Positions 49,810 through 59,752 of a stretch of 64,000 nucleotides of DNA are shown here, piece after piece. The notes beneath the pieces were generated by a model. That model had not been told where the DNA came from. It was given only the letters and a program-made list of their open reading frames with translations, and made no database searches. Source of the stretch: an uncultured Christensenellaceae bacterium (GTDB lineage Bacteria > Bacillota > Clostridia > Christensenellales > UBA3700); the NCBI GenBank assembly GCA_944380295.1, contig CALWHE010000008.1, positions 6,233-70,232 on the forward strand. The letters are read 5' to 3'. The translations under genes and the position numbers were made by a program. Within the stretch, counting starts at the first letter, position 1; the number at the start of each line of letters is the position of its first letter.

Positions 49810-50865
49810 ATGAAAAAGATGAAAGGCTTGATGCAGGCGGGGATAGTGATCGTTTACATTCTCATGGTGTGGACGATCGTCGTGCCCTTGCTGGCAACTT
49901 ACGCGCTTTACCGCTATCTCTTCGGCAAACGCTGCGACAAGACGGAGGCGATCCTCACGGCGGCGGATCACCCCAATCTGGACTGCACCGCTTTCAAGGT
50001 CAAATCGGGCAAAAACATGCTCGCCTGTTTTGAATACCGCGACAGGCAGATGTGCGCCGGAAAAGCGGTGGTGCTGGTGTGCCACGGCATAGGTTGCAGT
50101 CACGGCAATTATCTCAACCGCATAGATTATTTTGCGCGCCGCGGTTACATCGTGGTGGGCTTTGACATCACCGGCTGCGGCGACAGTGAAGGGGACAGCA
50201 TCGTGGGTCTGCCCCAGTCGCACGTAGACATACACGCCGTGCTCACTTATATGGAAAATTCGCCCGAATACGGCAGCCTGCCCATCTATCTTTACGGGCA
50301 CAGCTGGAGCGGTTTCGGCGTGGCGAGCGTGCTCAATTACGGGCACAAGCCCGCCGCCGTGGTCTCCGCCGCCGGCTTTGACCGCGAGCGCAGCATCATT
50401 CGCTTCCAGGCGGTGAAAATGTGCGGCAAGATAGGCGTGCTGTCCATGCCCTGGATAGCTTTGATAGAGCGCATGATTTACGGCAAAAAGGCAAAATACA
50501 CCGCCGTTTCCGGCATCAACGCTTACGGCGGCCCCGTGCTGGTGGCGCACAGCAAAGACGATCCCACCGTGCCGTGGTCGTGTTCCGTGGCGGCGGCGGA
50601 AGGGATAAAGAATCCCAAAGTGAAAAAGCTGGTCTATGAAGACCGCGGACACACGCTCTCCCGCCCCGTGGAGGCGGAAAACATCATCAAAGCGGACTGC
50701 GCGGGCAAGCCGCACCGCAAGATGTATAAGGGAGAGTGCTATTTCAAATACGAAGTGGACGTGCACTATCATTACAGTAAAAAAGAGGTGGTCTTTGCCA
50801 CCGATGAAGAATTTATGAACACCGCCGCCGAATTTTTCGCGCAGGCGGGCAGAGGAGAGATATGA
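49810..50865 (+). CDS. Membrane-anchored alpha/beta hydrolase
   Basis: N-terminal TM, CHG, FD..G.G.S.G, GHSWS nucleophile motif, HSKDD..VP, GH. Confidence 0.85.
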   Translation: MKKMKGLMQAGIVIVYILMVWTIVVPLLATYALYRYLFGKRCDKTEAILTAADHPNLDCTAFKVKSGKNMLACFEYRDRQMCAGKAVVLVCHGIGCSHGNYLNRIDYFARRGYIVVGFDITGCGDSEGDSIVGLPQSHVDIHAVLTYMENSPEYGSLPIYLYGHSWSGFGVASVLNYGHKPAAVVSAAGFDRERSIIRFQAVKMCGKIGVLSMPWIALIERMIYGKKAKYTAVSGINAYGGPVLVAHSKDDPTVPWSCSVAAAEGIKNPKVKKLVYEDRGHTLSRPVEAENIIKADCAGKPHRKMYKGECYFKYEVDVHYHYSKKEVVFATDEEFMNTAAEFFAQAGRGEI

Positions 50866-51443
50866 AAGAAAACACTTCCCTGCTCATCAAACTCACCAAA
50901 GGTTTTGCGCCCGACGTGCCGCTCGCGCGCCACGACGAATTGCTGCGCGAAGTATGCGCCAAAGCGGACGAAGAAGACAGGGCGGCGCTCGGAGAGTATC
51001 GTGAGAACATCGCCGCGCGCAGAGAAAAGGGTGAAGAAAAGCGCGCTCGGCTCGCTCAAGGCATATGCCCGGACGAAGAGCTTGCGCCCTTTATGGACAA
51101 GCCCGATACCCGCGCGCCCAAAGACGTTTTGCGCTTTGTGATCTCTCTGCCGCTGGGCGTCATCTTTCTCACGGCGGGACTTTGCTGTATTTACGCAGTG
51201 GATCCGGCTTATCTGGAAGCGCACGCGGCGCTGCTCTATTTCGGCATAGCCGCGGCGGTGCTGGGCGGACTGTGCCTGCTCACCGCGCTTTTCGCCTTTA
51301 TCTCCTATTGCAAGATCAGGCAATACAACCATTCGCTGCCGCAGCGCAACGCGGCAAAGCGAGGAGAAGCGATCGCGGAGCTGGACGGACAGGTGGCGTA
51401 TGAGATAATGCTTGCGGACCTGCTGCTGAAAACCGTCAAATGA
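50862..51443 (+). CDS. Hypothetical two-TM protein
   Basis: Overlaps both neighbours (ATGA-type coupling); two hydrophobic segments. Confidence 0.7.
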   Translation: MKENTSLLIKLTKGFAPDVPLARHDELLREVCAKADEEDRAALGEYRENIAARREKGEEKRARLAQGICPDEELAPFMDKPDTRAPKDVLRFVISLPLGVIFLTAGLCCIYAVDPAYLEAHAALLYFGIAAAVLGGLCLLTALFAFISYCKIRQYNHSLPQRNAAKRGEAIAELDGQVAYEIMLADLLLKTVK

Positions 51444-52327
51444 ATTGCACTCTTTGCCCCCGCGCCTGCGGCGCGGACAGAAAAAACACTTTCGGCGCGT
51501 GCGGTATGCCCGCCGAAATTTTTATCGGCAGGGCGTGCCGGCACATTTGGGAGGAGCCGCCTCTCAGCGGCACGCGCGGCAGCGGCACCGTCTTTTTTGC
51601 CGGCTGTCCGCTCAAATGCGTTTATTGTCAGAATTTTTCCCTCTCGCGCGGCGGCGGAGTGCAAATCACGCCGCAAAAATTGGCGGACATCTTCAAACTT
51701 TTGCAGGACAGCGGCGCGCACAACCTCAATTTGGTCACGCCCACGCATTATGTGCCCGGTATCCTGCGCGCGCTCGATATCTTCAAGCCGGACATCCCCG
51801 TCGTCTATAACTGCGGCGGATATGAGAGCGTGAGCACGTTAAAGCTGCTCAAAGGCGCGGTGGACGTGTGGCTGCCCGATTTCAAATATGCGCTCTCCGC
51901 TCCCGCGCGCAAATACAGCGCCGCTCCCGATTATCCGCAACGCGCGTTGGAAGCGCTCTGTTTCATGCGTTCGCTCGCGCCCGCGGATGTTTTTGACACG
52001 GACGGCATAATGCAAAAAGGCATGATAGTGCGCCATCTGGTGCTGCCGGGCAATTTGGACAACACTTTTGCCGTAACGGACGCCGTGGTCGAGCATTTGG
52101 GCGCGGACACGTATTTTTCTCTGATGGGGCAGTATTATCCCGCCGGCGAGGCAAAAAACTTTGCGGAATTATCCCGCCCCTTAAAGCCGCTGGAATACAA
52201 GCTGGCAGTTTCCCATGTGGAAAAGGCGGGCATGCGCAACGTTTTTATCCAGACCTTGGAAAAAGAAGAGGAAAAATACACCCCCGTTTTCGACGGCACC
52301 GTCACGGGGGAGATATACGGCGAGTAA
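51440..52327 (+). CDS. Radical SAM protein, PflX-like
   Basis: CTLCPRAC, WEEP..SG..GSGTVFF.GCPLKCVYCQN, NLVTPTH, IVRHLVLPG. Confidence 0.9.
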   Translation: MNCTLCPRACGADRKNTFGACGMPAEIFIGRACRHIWEEPPLSGTRGSGTVFFAGCPLKCVYCQNFSLSRGGGVQITPQKLADIFKLLQDSGAHNLNLVTPTHYVPGILRALDIFKPDIPVVYNCGGYESVSTLKLLKGAVDVWLPDFKYALSAPARKYSAAPDYPQRALEALCFMRSLAPADVFDTDGIMQKGMIVRHLVLPGNLDNTFAVTDAVVEHLGADTYFSLMGQYYPAGEAKNFAELSRPLKPLEYKLAVSHVEKAGMRNVFIQTLEKEEEKYTPVFDGTVTGEIYGE

Positions 52328-52351
52328 GGCGGCAGAGCCGTGCGGCGGATA

Positions 52352-53308
52352 TTATTCGCAGGGATAAACGTTCAGAAGCCGACCTTGCGCCAAGGGGTTT
52401 GCCGGCATATCTTCATGGTTTGCCGGAAGCGCGACAAAACGTTTATTCTCCACGGAAAAGCGGAACGCTCCGGGATAAGCCGCGGCGGAAGCAACCGGCG
52501 AAAACTCGCGGATCTTTTTGACGGGAACGGCAAGCAATTCGGCTATTTCCGCTATATAGGGATTTTCTTCGTCTTCTGTCGTGGATCTATCGAAAGCGCG
52601 CAATTCGTCCAGACTTTCAAATTCGTAGACGATGTTTTCGGGAAACTTTTTTGCATATATGGGCAAGTCGTTTGCATGTGCGATCAAGATATCTTCCCAA
52701 TATTTGTCCGCCCAATCGGGAAGCGGATAATATTTTTCCAGCAGCGGCACCATTTTGTCGGAAAAATCACGATTGAAAAATACGCTCCCATACATATACC
52801 ATGAATTTTTGCCGCCGACATGCACGCTAGTGATCCTGTTGTCGTCATCAAGGTCGAGGCACCATTCGTTTGTGTATTCGTGGGCATAGGCGCATGAATA
52901 CCACGACAGGGTCTCCGTGGGGGAATAAATATTTTCGCTCATGTAATTATCGCTGGACAAGATGTATGTGTTTTTCAATTCTTTGCGGGCAAAATAAAGG
53001 CTGGACAAATTGTTTTTTACCGCGTGGTCGGGGTTGAAAATAAACTTTACGCCGTATTTGTCTTTAAGATAGAAAAATGCTTCCGCCATATATCCCGTGA
53101 TCAAAGTTATGTCACAAATGCCTTTTTGCAGCAAATGAAGTATTTGCCTTTCGACCAGCGGCACGCCGCCTATCTTCACCAGTCCTTTGGGTTTGCAGAG
53201 CGAGATAGGCGTAAATCTGCTCCCGAAGCCTGCGGCGAGTATAACGGCATTATCCACTTTGTATTCCGTCGGCGCGTTTGCCGGTAAAGAGCGTTCTTTT
53301 TCGGTCAT
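52352..53308 (-). CDS. LicC-like (phosphocholine) cytidylyltransferase
   Basis: VDNAVILAAGFGSRF..., PKGL, NNLSSL, SSDNY, YWED, EFESLDELR. Confidence 0.82.
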   Translation of the reverse strand: MTEKERSLPANAPTEYKVDNAVILAAGFGSRFTPISLCKPKGLVKIGGVPLVERQILHLLQKGICDITLITGYMAEAFFYLKDKYGVKFIFNPDHAVKNNLSSLYFARKELKNTYILSSDNYMSENIYSPTETLSWYSCAYAHEYTNEWCLDLDDDNRITSVHVGGKNSWYMYGSVFFNRDFSDKMVPLLEKYYPLPDWADKYWEDILIAHANDLPIYAKKFPENIVYEFESLDELRAFDRSTTEDEENPYIAEIAELLAVPVKKIREFSPVASAAAYPGAFRFSVENKRFVALPANHEDMPANPLAQGRLLNVYPCE

Positions 53309-53407
53309 AAAAACAATGTAACAAAATATCTTTGGCAAGTCAAGCAAATGGGAAATCATCGCCGCCGCGCAATGTCGGAACGGTTTTTGCCGTTTTCGAT
53401 GACGGCG

Positions 53408-53425
53408 CTGTTAAAAGTTTAACGA
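53408..53425. promoter_or_regulatory. Probable Rex operator
   Basis: CTGTTAA-AAGT-TTAACGA, two mismatches to the clostridial consensus TTGTTAANNNNTTAACAA, just upstream of the -35. Confidence 0.6.
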
Positions 53426-53442
53426 AAAAAGCAAATTCGGCA

Positions 53443-53471
53443 TTGACTTTATCGCGCGTATTTTATATAAT
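53443..53471 (+). promoter_or_regulatory. Sigma-A promoter of the hydrogenase operon
   Basis: TTGACT-17 bp-TATAAT. Confidence 0.8.
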
Positions 53472-53506
53472 TTAATCAGCAAATAAATCCACCAGGGGTG
53501 AACGAT

Positions 53507-53755
53507 ATGAGAATTAGCGTATGCGTAGGCAGTTCCTGCCATCTGAAAGGTTCTTACGACGTGATCGAAGGCTTCAAAAAGCTCATCGAAGAATACGGCG
53601 TGGGCAACGATGTGAGTTTGGAGGCTTCTTTTTGTTTGGGGCATTGCGCCGAGGGCGTGACCATCAAACTGGACGAAGAGATAGTCACCGGTCTGAAAGG
53701 GGACAACGTGCGCAAGGTGTTTGAAGAAAGGGTGCTGCCCGAGGTAAGAAAATGA
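53507..53755 (+). CDS. Thioredoxin-like [2Fe-2S] ferredoxin (HfsA-like)
   Basis: VCVGSSCHLKGS...FCLGHC. Confidence 0.88.
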   Translation: MRISVCVGSSCHLKGSYDVIEGFKKLIEEYGVGNDVSLEASFCLGHCAEGVTIKLDEEIVTGLKGDNVRKVFEERVLPEVRK

Positions 53756-55455
53756 CCAAGGGCATGTATTTGGAATTCAAGCCCGCCAACTGCAAGGACT
53801 GTTACCGCTGTCTGCGTTCCTGTCCGGTCAAGGCGATAGAAGTCGCCACGCATCAGGCGACCATCATAGAAGACAGGTGCATACTCTGCGGCAAATGCAC
53901 GCTGGTGTGTCATCAGAACGCCAAGGTGGTGCACAGCGGCAGAGAGGAAGTGGAAAAGCTGCTGGAAGAGGGCAACGTGATCGCATCGGTGGCGCCTTCT
54001 TTTGTGGCTAGCTTGGGCATCAACAACTTTGAGATATTGCGCAAGGGGCTGCAACAGATGGGCTTTGCGGACGCGGAAGAAACGGCGATAGGCGCCGCCG
54101 CGGTGGTGGAGTGCTTCAAGCAGGATCTGGAAAGCGGCAAATACCGCAATTACATCACGTCCTGCTGTCCGGCGGTGAACAGGCTGATACAGCTTTATTA
54201 TCCGGGCGCGCTCAAATATCTCTCTCCGGTGGTATCGCCCATGGTGGCGCACGGCAATCTGATCAAAAAGAGCCGTCCGGACGCCAAAGTGGTCTTTATC
54301 GGTCCGTGCATCGCCAAAAAGCGCGAGGCGGCTGAGAGCGGCGTGATAGACGGCGTGCTGACCTTTGAAGAGGCGCTGGAAATGCTGCGGGATAAGTGCG
54401 TTATCCTGGGCAGCGAGAATTTGGACGAAGAAGAGAGCGGTGGTCTGCGCGCCAGGTATTTTCCCATACCGCGCGGCGTGATCAAGTCTTTCGACCGTCT
54501 GCCCGAGGGGTATGAGTATCTGGCGGTGGACGGCGTGGAGCGCTGCAAAGAGGTGCTGGAAAACATAGACGATATGGACGGGGTGTTCATAGAGATGAAC
54601 GCCTGCGAATACGCCTGCATAAACGGTCCCTGCGCCATCCGCAACCGCGGCGGCGCCATCAAAGCCAACGAGGCTGTGCGCGGCTATGCCGGCAGAAGAG
54701 GCGGCGGAGCGCTCGCGTTCGGCGAAGAAGATCTGGCAGGCATGCGCCGGGTGCACGCGCGTCTGCGCGCCAGCGGCTTTGACGTGAGCGAGGAGCGCCT
54801 GTTAAAGATAATGGCAAAAACGGGCAGGGACAAGCCGGAAAATCAGCTCAACTGCGGCGCGTGCGGCTATGAATCCTGCAAGCAGAAGGCGTGGGCGGTG
54901 GCAAACGGCTTTGCCGACATATCCATGTGCCTGCCTTACATGCGTCAGCGGGCGGAATCGCTCTCTTACGAGATAATACAAAACAGTCCCAACGGCATTT
55001 TGGTGCTGGACGGGGACATGCGCGTGTTGCAGATGAATAACGCCGCCAAAAAGATGTTCGGCGTGACGGAGAGCGATCCCAAAGGCATGCTGCTTGTTGA
55101 CTTTGCCGATCCTTCCGCCTATATCGGCGCTTATGAGAGCAAGACCGGCTTTACGCGCAAGTGCGAGCATATAAAAAAGACGGACAGATATGTGGAGATA
55201 AACGCCGTGGTGCTCAAAGAACACAACGTGCTGTTTGCGCTCTACAAGGACATCACGGACGAAAAGCAGTATGAAGGCAAGCTGCATCAGCTCACTTCGG
55301 AAACGCTTGCTACCACCGACGAGGTGATCATGAAGCAGATGCGCGTGGCGCAGGAGATAGCCTCTCTGCTGGGCGAGACCACGGCGGAGACCAAAGTGGC
55401 GCTGCTCAAACTCAAAAGCATGCTCAAACGCGAGGAGGGCGGCGATGTCACTTGA
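53752..55455 (+). CDS. Sensory [FeFe]-hydrogenase with PAS domain (HydS/HfsB-like)
   Basis: Two CxxCxxCxxxC ferredoxin motifs, TSCCP, GPCIAKKRE, EMNAC..ACING, NCGACGY.SC, PAS (SPNGILVLD), QEIASLLGETTAETK. Confidence 0.9.
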   Translation: MTKGMYLEFKPANCKDCYRCLRSCPVKAIEVATHQATIIEDRCILCGKCTLVCHQNAKVVHSGREEVEKLLEEGNVIASVAPSFVASLGINNFEILRKGLQQMGFADAEETAIGAAAVVECFKQDLESGKYRNYITSCCPAVNRLIQLYYPGALKYLSPVVSPMVAHGNLIKKSRPDAKVVFIGPCIAKKREAAESGVIDGVLTFEEALEMLRDKCVILGSENLDEEESGGLRARYFPIPRGVIKSFDRLPEGYEYLAVDGVERCKEVLENIDDMDGVFIEMNACEYACINGPCAIRNRGGAIKANEAVRGYAGRRGGGALAFGEEDLAGMRRVHARLRASGFDVSEERLLKIMAKTGRDKPENQLNCGACGYESCKQKAWAVANGFADISMCLPYMRQRAESLSYEIIQNSPNGILVLDGDMRVLQMNNAAKKMFGVTESDPKGMLLVDFADPSAYIGAYESKTGFTRKCEHIKKTDRYVEINAVVLKEHNVLFALYKDITDEKQYEGKLHQLTSETLATTDEVIMKQMRVAQEIASLLGETTAETKVALLKLKSMLKREEGGDVT

Positions 55456-56605
55456 TATAGAGTATGGCTACACCTCGCTCAACAAGGCGGGGGAGGAGCT
55501 GTGCGGCGACAACGTGCAGATATATTCGGACGGAGAAAACACCACCGTGGTGCTTGCCGACGGCATGGGCAGCGGCGTGAAAGCCAACATACTCTCCATG
55601 CTCACGTCCAAGATATTGTGCACGATGGTCGCCAACGAGATCTCTATAGAAGACTGCGTGGAAACCATTTTGGAAACGCTGCCCGTGTGCAAGGTGCGCG
55701 GCGTGGCGTATGCCACGTTCACGGTGGTGCACATCGACAAAAACGGCAGGGGCGTGATGTTTGAATTCGACAATCCGCCCGCCATATACTATCACAACGG
55801 CAGGTGTGAAGACTTGGAGCGCCGGGAGCTGGAAGTGCTGGGCAAAAAGGTCTATAAAAGCGATCTTGCCCTGCAAGAAGGGGACGTGATAGTGTTCATG
55901 AGCGACGGCGTTATCCATGCCGGCATCGGCATGCTGCTCAACTTCGGCTGGCAGCGTCCGGAAGTGATGGACTTTTTGAACAAGACCGTCACGCCGCGCA
56001 TGACGGCAAAGGCGGTGGCGTGTCTGCTGGCTGGGGCGTGCAACGACCTTTATATGGACAAGCCGGGCGACGACACCACGGTGGCGGCGATCAAGCTGCG
56101 CAAGAGTTTGCAGGTGGCGATCATGGTGGGCGCGCCGGTGAACAAGGACATGGACGATTACTGCGTGGAAAAGCTGATGAGTTACGAGGGCAAAAAAGCC
56201 GTGTGCGGCGGCACCACTTCGCAGATAGTGGCGCGGCATTTGGGCACCAAGGTGGACACGGTTTTGGACTTTGTGGACAAAGATATTCCGCCCATCGGGC
56301 ACATAGACGGCATAGATCTGACCACGGAGGGCGTGATAACGCTGAGGCGGCTGTTGGAGCTGGCGGAAAAATACAATTCCACGTCCGATCTTTCGCCCAA
56401 GTATTACGACAAAAAAGACGGCGCCTCCCTGCTTGCCAATCTCTTATTCGAGCAAGCCACCAAGGTGAATTTTTTGGTGGGGCAGAGCGCCAACATCGCG
56501 CACAAGGGGCTGCCGATAGACATCACCATGAAGCTGAAATTGGTGGAAAAGCTGGCGGACAACCTGCGCAAAATGGGAAAACAAGTGGAGATAGAGTATA
56601 ATTGA
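55445..56605 (+). CDS. SpoIIE/PP2C-like Ser/Thr phosphatase (HfsC-like)
   Basis: EELCGD, LADGMGSG, MSDG, PGDDTT, VCGGTT. Confidence 0.9.
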   Translation: MSLDIEYGYTSLNKAGEELCGDNVQIYSDGENTTVVLADGMGSGVKANILSMLTSKILCTMVANEISIEDCVETILETLPVCKVRGVAYATFTVVHIDKNGRGVMFEFDNPPAIYYHNGRCEDLERRELEVLGKKVYKSDLALQEGDVIVFMSDGVIHAGIGMLLNFGWQRPEVMDFLNKTVTPRMTAKAVACLLAGACNDLYMDKPGDDTTVAAIKLRKSLQVAIMVGAPVNKDMDDYCVEKLMSYEGKKAVCGGTTSQIVARHLGTKVDTVLDFVDKDIPPIGHIDGIDLTTEGVITLRRLLELAEKYNSTSDLSPKYYDKKDGASLLANLLFEQATKVNFLVGQSANIAHKGLPIDITMKLKLVEKLADNLRKMGKQVEIEYN

Positions 56606-57180
56606 TGAAGATAATGATAGCGTCCGACGTTCACGGGTCGGCTTATTATGCGGCAAAGATAAAAGAGGTGTTCGCCAAAGAAGGCGCGTGCCTTTTGGTG
56701 CTGCTGGGCGATATATACAACCCCGGTCCGCGCAATCCCATCGCCGCGGTGCGCGATTACGCGCCGCTCAAAGTGGCGGAAGTGTTCAATTCGCTCAAAG
56801 ACAGGCTGATGGTGATCAAGGGCAACTGCGACAGTCAGGTGGACACGCTCATCTCAGAATTCCACTTTGCGGAAGAGGGGCAGCTGTTCGTGGCGGGCAG
56901 GCGCATAACGCTCACGCACGGGCACATCTTCAACAGGGACGAACTGCCGCCCGCCTGCGGTGACGCGCTCATATACGGGCATGTGCATACGGGCTTTATA
57001 GAGCGGAAGGGAGGCGTGACCATCGCCAATCCCGGCTCCGTGACCCTGCCCAAGGAGGGCAGCGCGCACGGTTATCTTGTTTTGGAAGAGGACGTGCTCA
57101 CACTCAAAGACATAAACGACGGGAAAATTATAAGGCAAGAAAAAATCCGAGGGCGAGAGGAGAAAGACAATGTTCAATAA
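56605..57180 (+). CDS. YfcE-family metallophosphodiesterase
   Basis: SDVHGS, LGD..N.GPRN, GNCD, THGH, GHVH, NPGS. Confidence 0.9.
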   Translation: MKIMIASDVHGSAYYAAKIKEVFAKEGACLLVLLGDIYNPGPRNPIAAVRDYAPLKVAEVFNSLKDRLMVIKGNCDSQVDTLISEFHFAEEGQLFVAGRRITLTHGHIFNRDELPPACGDALIYGHVHTGFIERKGGVTIANPGSVTLPKEGSAHGYLVLEEDVLTLKDINDGKIIRQEKIRGREEKDNVQ

Positions 57181-58630
57181 GTTTGACACAAAGATCCAAG
57201 AGCTGAAATACGAGGTGCTCAAAGAGCTGATACGCAGGCGCTACGAGGGGAACATGGAAAACATTTACACCGAGATCCCCAAAAAGATAGTGCCCGGTCC
57301 CAAAGCCACCATGCGCTGCTGCATTTACAAGGAAAGGGCTATTCTGCAAGAGCGCATAAAGCTGGGCTTGGGCGGCAACAAGAGCGATCCCAACGTGATA
57401 GAAGTGATAGACGAGGCGTGCGACGAGTGCCCCGTGGGCGGCATTTACGTCACACCCGCCTGCCGCGGCTGCCTCAACCATATGTGCATGCAAAGCTGTC
57501 CCAAGGGCGCGATAACCATCGTCAACAACCGTCCGGTGATAGACAAGGAAAAGTGCATAGAGTGCGGCAAGTGCGTGCAGAGCTGCCCTTACAACGCCAT
57601 TATCCATCAGCAACGCCCCTGCGTGCAGAGCTGCAAGGTGAAAGCCATCACCATGAACGAGGACAAAAAAGCGCGCGTTGACATCAACAAGTGCATCATG
57701 TGCGGCGCATGCGTTTATCAATGCCCCTTCGGCGCCATCCAGGACAAGTCCTTTATCATGGAATGCATAGACATTTTGCAGGGTTCGGAGAACAACACCA
57801 AATACAAGGTGCACGCGGTGATAGCTCCCGCCATCGTCAGCCAGTTCAAATATGCGGCGATAGAGCAGGTCATCACGGGCATCAAAAAGCTGGGCTTCCA
57901 TCAGGTCACGGAGGCGGCGCTGGGCGCGGACGTGGTGCTCTATCACGAGGCGCAGGAGTTCAGGGAAAAGGGGCTGATGACCACGTCTTGCTGTCCTTCG
58001 TTCGTCATGTTCGTGGAAAAGAATTTCCCCGAGCTCAAACGTTACATCTCCTCTTCCAACTCTCCCATGGTGGAAGCGGCAAAGATGATAAAGCGCACCG
58101 ATCCCACCGCCAAAGTGGTGTTCATCGGACCGTGCACTTCCAAAAAGATGGAATTCCGCCTGCCCAAGACGGGCGGCGCGATCGACTGCGTGATCTCCTT
58201 TGAGGAGTTGCAGGCGTTTTTGGACGCGCGCGACATAGACGTGGCTTCTTTGGAAAACACGCCGCTGGACAATGCGTCTTATTACGGCAGGATCTTTGCC
58301 AAATCGTGCGGCATAGCTCAGGGCATACGCGCCGTGGGCGAGGAGATGGGCGTGACGGGCATCAACCCCATCGCCATGAGCGGCATAGACCAGTGCCGCA
58401 TGAATCTGCTCAAACTCAAAATGGGCAGGGCGGCGGAAAACTTTTTTGAAGGCATGGCGTGCGACGGCGGTTGCATAAACGGCGCGCTCTGTCTGCACCA
58501 CGGCATGCGCAACATGGTGGACGTGGACAATTACGGCAAGTCCGCCAAAGAAAAGACGATAGACGGCTCCGTCAAGCTCTACAAGATGAGCCTTGAAGCG
58601 GAAGAAAAGCGTAAAAACGGGGACGAGTGA
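57170..58630 (+). CDS. Monomeric ferredoxin-type [FeFe]-hydrogenase (group B, HfsD-like)
   Basis: RCCIYKER, multiple [4Fe-4S] motifs, TSCCP, GPCTSKKME, EGMACDGGCING. Confidence 0.92.
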   Translation: MFNKFDTKIQELKYEVLKELIRRRYEGNMENIYTEIPKKIVPGPKATMRCCIYKERAILQERIKLGLGGNKSDPNVIEVIDEACDECPVGGIYVTPACRGCLNHMCMQSCPKGAITIVNNRPVIDKEKCIECGKCVQSCPYNAIIHQQRPCVQSCKVKAITMNEDKKARVDINKCIMCGACVYQCPFGAIQDKSFIMECIDILQGSENNTKYKVHAVIAPAIVSQFKYAAIEQVITGIKKLGFHQVTEAALGADVVLYHEAQEFREKGLMTTSCCPSFVMFVEKNFPELKRYISSSNSPMVEAAKMIKRTDPTAKVVFIGPCTSKKMEFRLPKTGGAIDCVISFEELQAFLDARDIDVASLENTPLDNASYYGRIFAKSCGIAQGIRAVGEEMGVTGINPIAMSGIDQCRMNLLKLKMGRAAENFFEGMACDGGCINGALCLHHGMRNMVDVDNYGKSAKEKTIDGSVKLYKMSLEAEEKRKNGDE

Positions 58631-58693
58631 GGGGGAGCGCTGAGCGGCGCATAAAGTGAAGGAGCAAACGCAAACAACACAGGAAGGTGAAAA

Positions 58694-59599
58694 ATGCAGA
58701 AAAAGGTCACTTTGCTTTTTGCCGTGTTGCTCGTGATCGCCGCGCTTTGCGCCCCGGCGGCGTGTGCGGCAAAAGACTTGCCCGAGTGGGCGTTCGATTC
58801 GCTCAAAGAGCAGGACAACGCGCGGGCGGAGGGCACGCAGGTGCGCGCCATGTCCGTCAACGTGCTGGTGCACATAAAGTCCTGGGGCGGGCTGCCCGTG
58901 CGCGGACGTGACCAAATGCTGGAAGAGTTCACGCGCCACTATGCGCCCGACGTGATAGCCTTGCAGGAGATGTGCTCTGATTGGTATAAATATTTTCCGC
59001 AGCGGGTGGAAGATACTTACGCGCTCGTGCACGACAAGAGCATAAAGACCAACCTGATGTTCAACAAGCAAGAGCGCACTCTGATCGAAGGCGGCGTGTT
59101 CGAGTATTCGCAAAAGGACGGCAGCGGCTGCCGCGCCTGCGCCTGGGGCGTGTTCGAGATAAAAGAGAGCGGCAAGCGCTTTGCCGCCACGTCCACGCAC
59201 TTCGACTTGGGCACGGAAGAGAAAAAGGTGCAATACCGCGCCACGCAGATAAGAGAGCTGGCGGACAAGATAGACGAGTTGAGCGAAAAATACGGCTGTC
59301 CCGTGATCGCCATGGGCGATTACAACGTGCTTATCGATGAAGATCACGGCGCCGGCTCGAATTATTCCGACCTGGTCGCGGTGACGGGGACAAAAGACGC
59401 GCTTCTCGATTTTGACGTGGAAAGGGCGTTTGACGAGCAATATGTGGCGGAGCATGCGGACAATCTCTGGGATCACATTCTCGTCAAGGGGAACATCACG
59501 CCGCTCAAATTCTTTATCGTCACGCAGCCCTTTTTCGATTGCGGCGACGATGAGATGACCGATCATTATCCGCACATCTGCGACTTTGCACTCGGCTGA
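58694..59599 (+). CDS. Secreted/lipoprotein endonuclease-exonuclease-phosphatase (EEP) family protein
   Basis: Signal peptide, MSVNV, PDVIALQE, STH, MGDYN, DHI, TDH.P. Confidence 0.85.
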   Translation: MQKKVTLLFAVLLVIAALCAPAACAAKDLPEWAFDSLKEQDNARAEGTQVRAMSVNVLVHIKSWGGLPVRGRDQMLEEFTRHYAPDVIALQEMCSDWYKYFPQRVEDTYALVHDKSIKTNLMFNKQERTLIEGGVFEYSQKDGSGCRACAWGVFEIKESGKRFAATSTHFDLGTEEKKVQYRATQIRELADKIDELSEKYGCPVIAMGDYNVLIDEDHGAGSNYSDLVAVTGTKDALLDFDVERAFDEQYVAEHADNLWDHILVKGNITPLKFFIVTQPFFDCGDDEMTDHYPHICDFALG

Positions 59600-59685
59600 A
59601 CCGCGCCGCCTGCGGGCGGCGCCGCGCTTTTTCGGGAAGAATTAAGACAAAATCATGCGCAAAAAACAAAAACCGTGCGTTTTAT

Positions 59686-59714
59686 TTGACAAAATCCGCG
59701 TTTAGTGATATAAC
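59686..59714 (+). promoter_or_regulatory. Sigma-A promoter of the small Cys-rich gene
   Basis: TTGACA-17 bp-TATAAC with TG extension. Confidence 0.7.
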
Positions 59715-59752
59715 GACAATGATAAGAAATTTATCAAACGGAGGACATGAAC

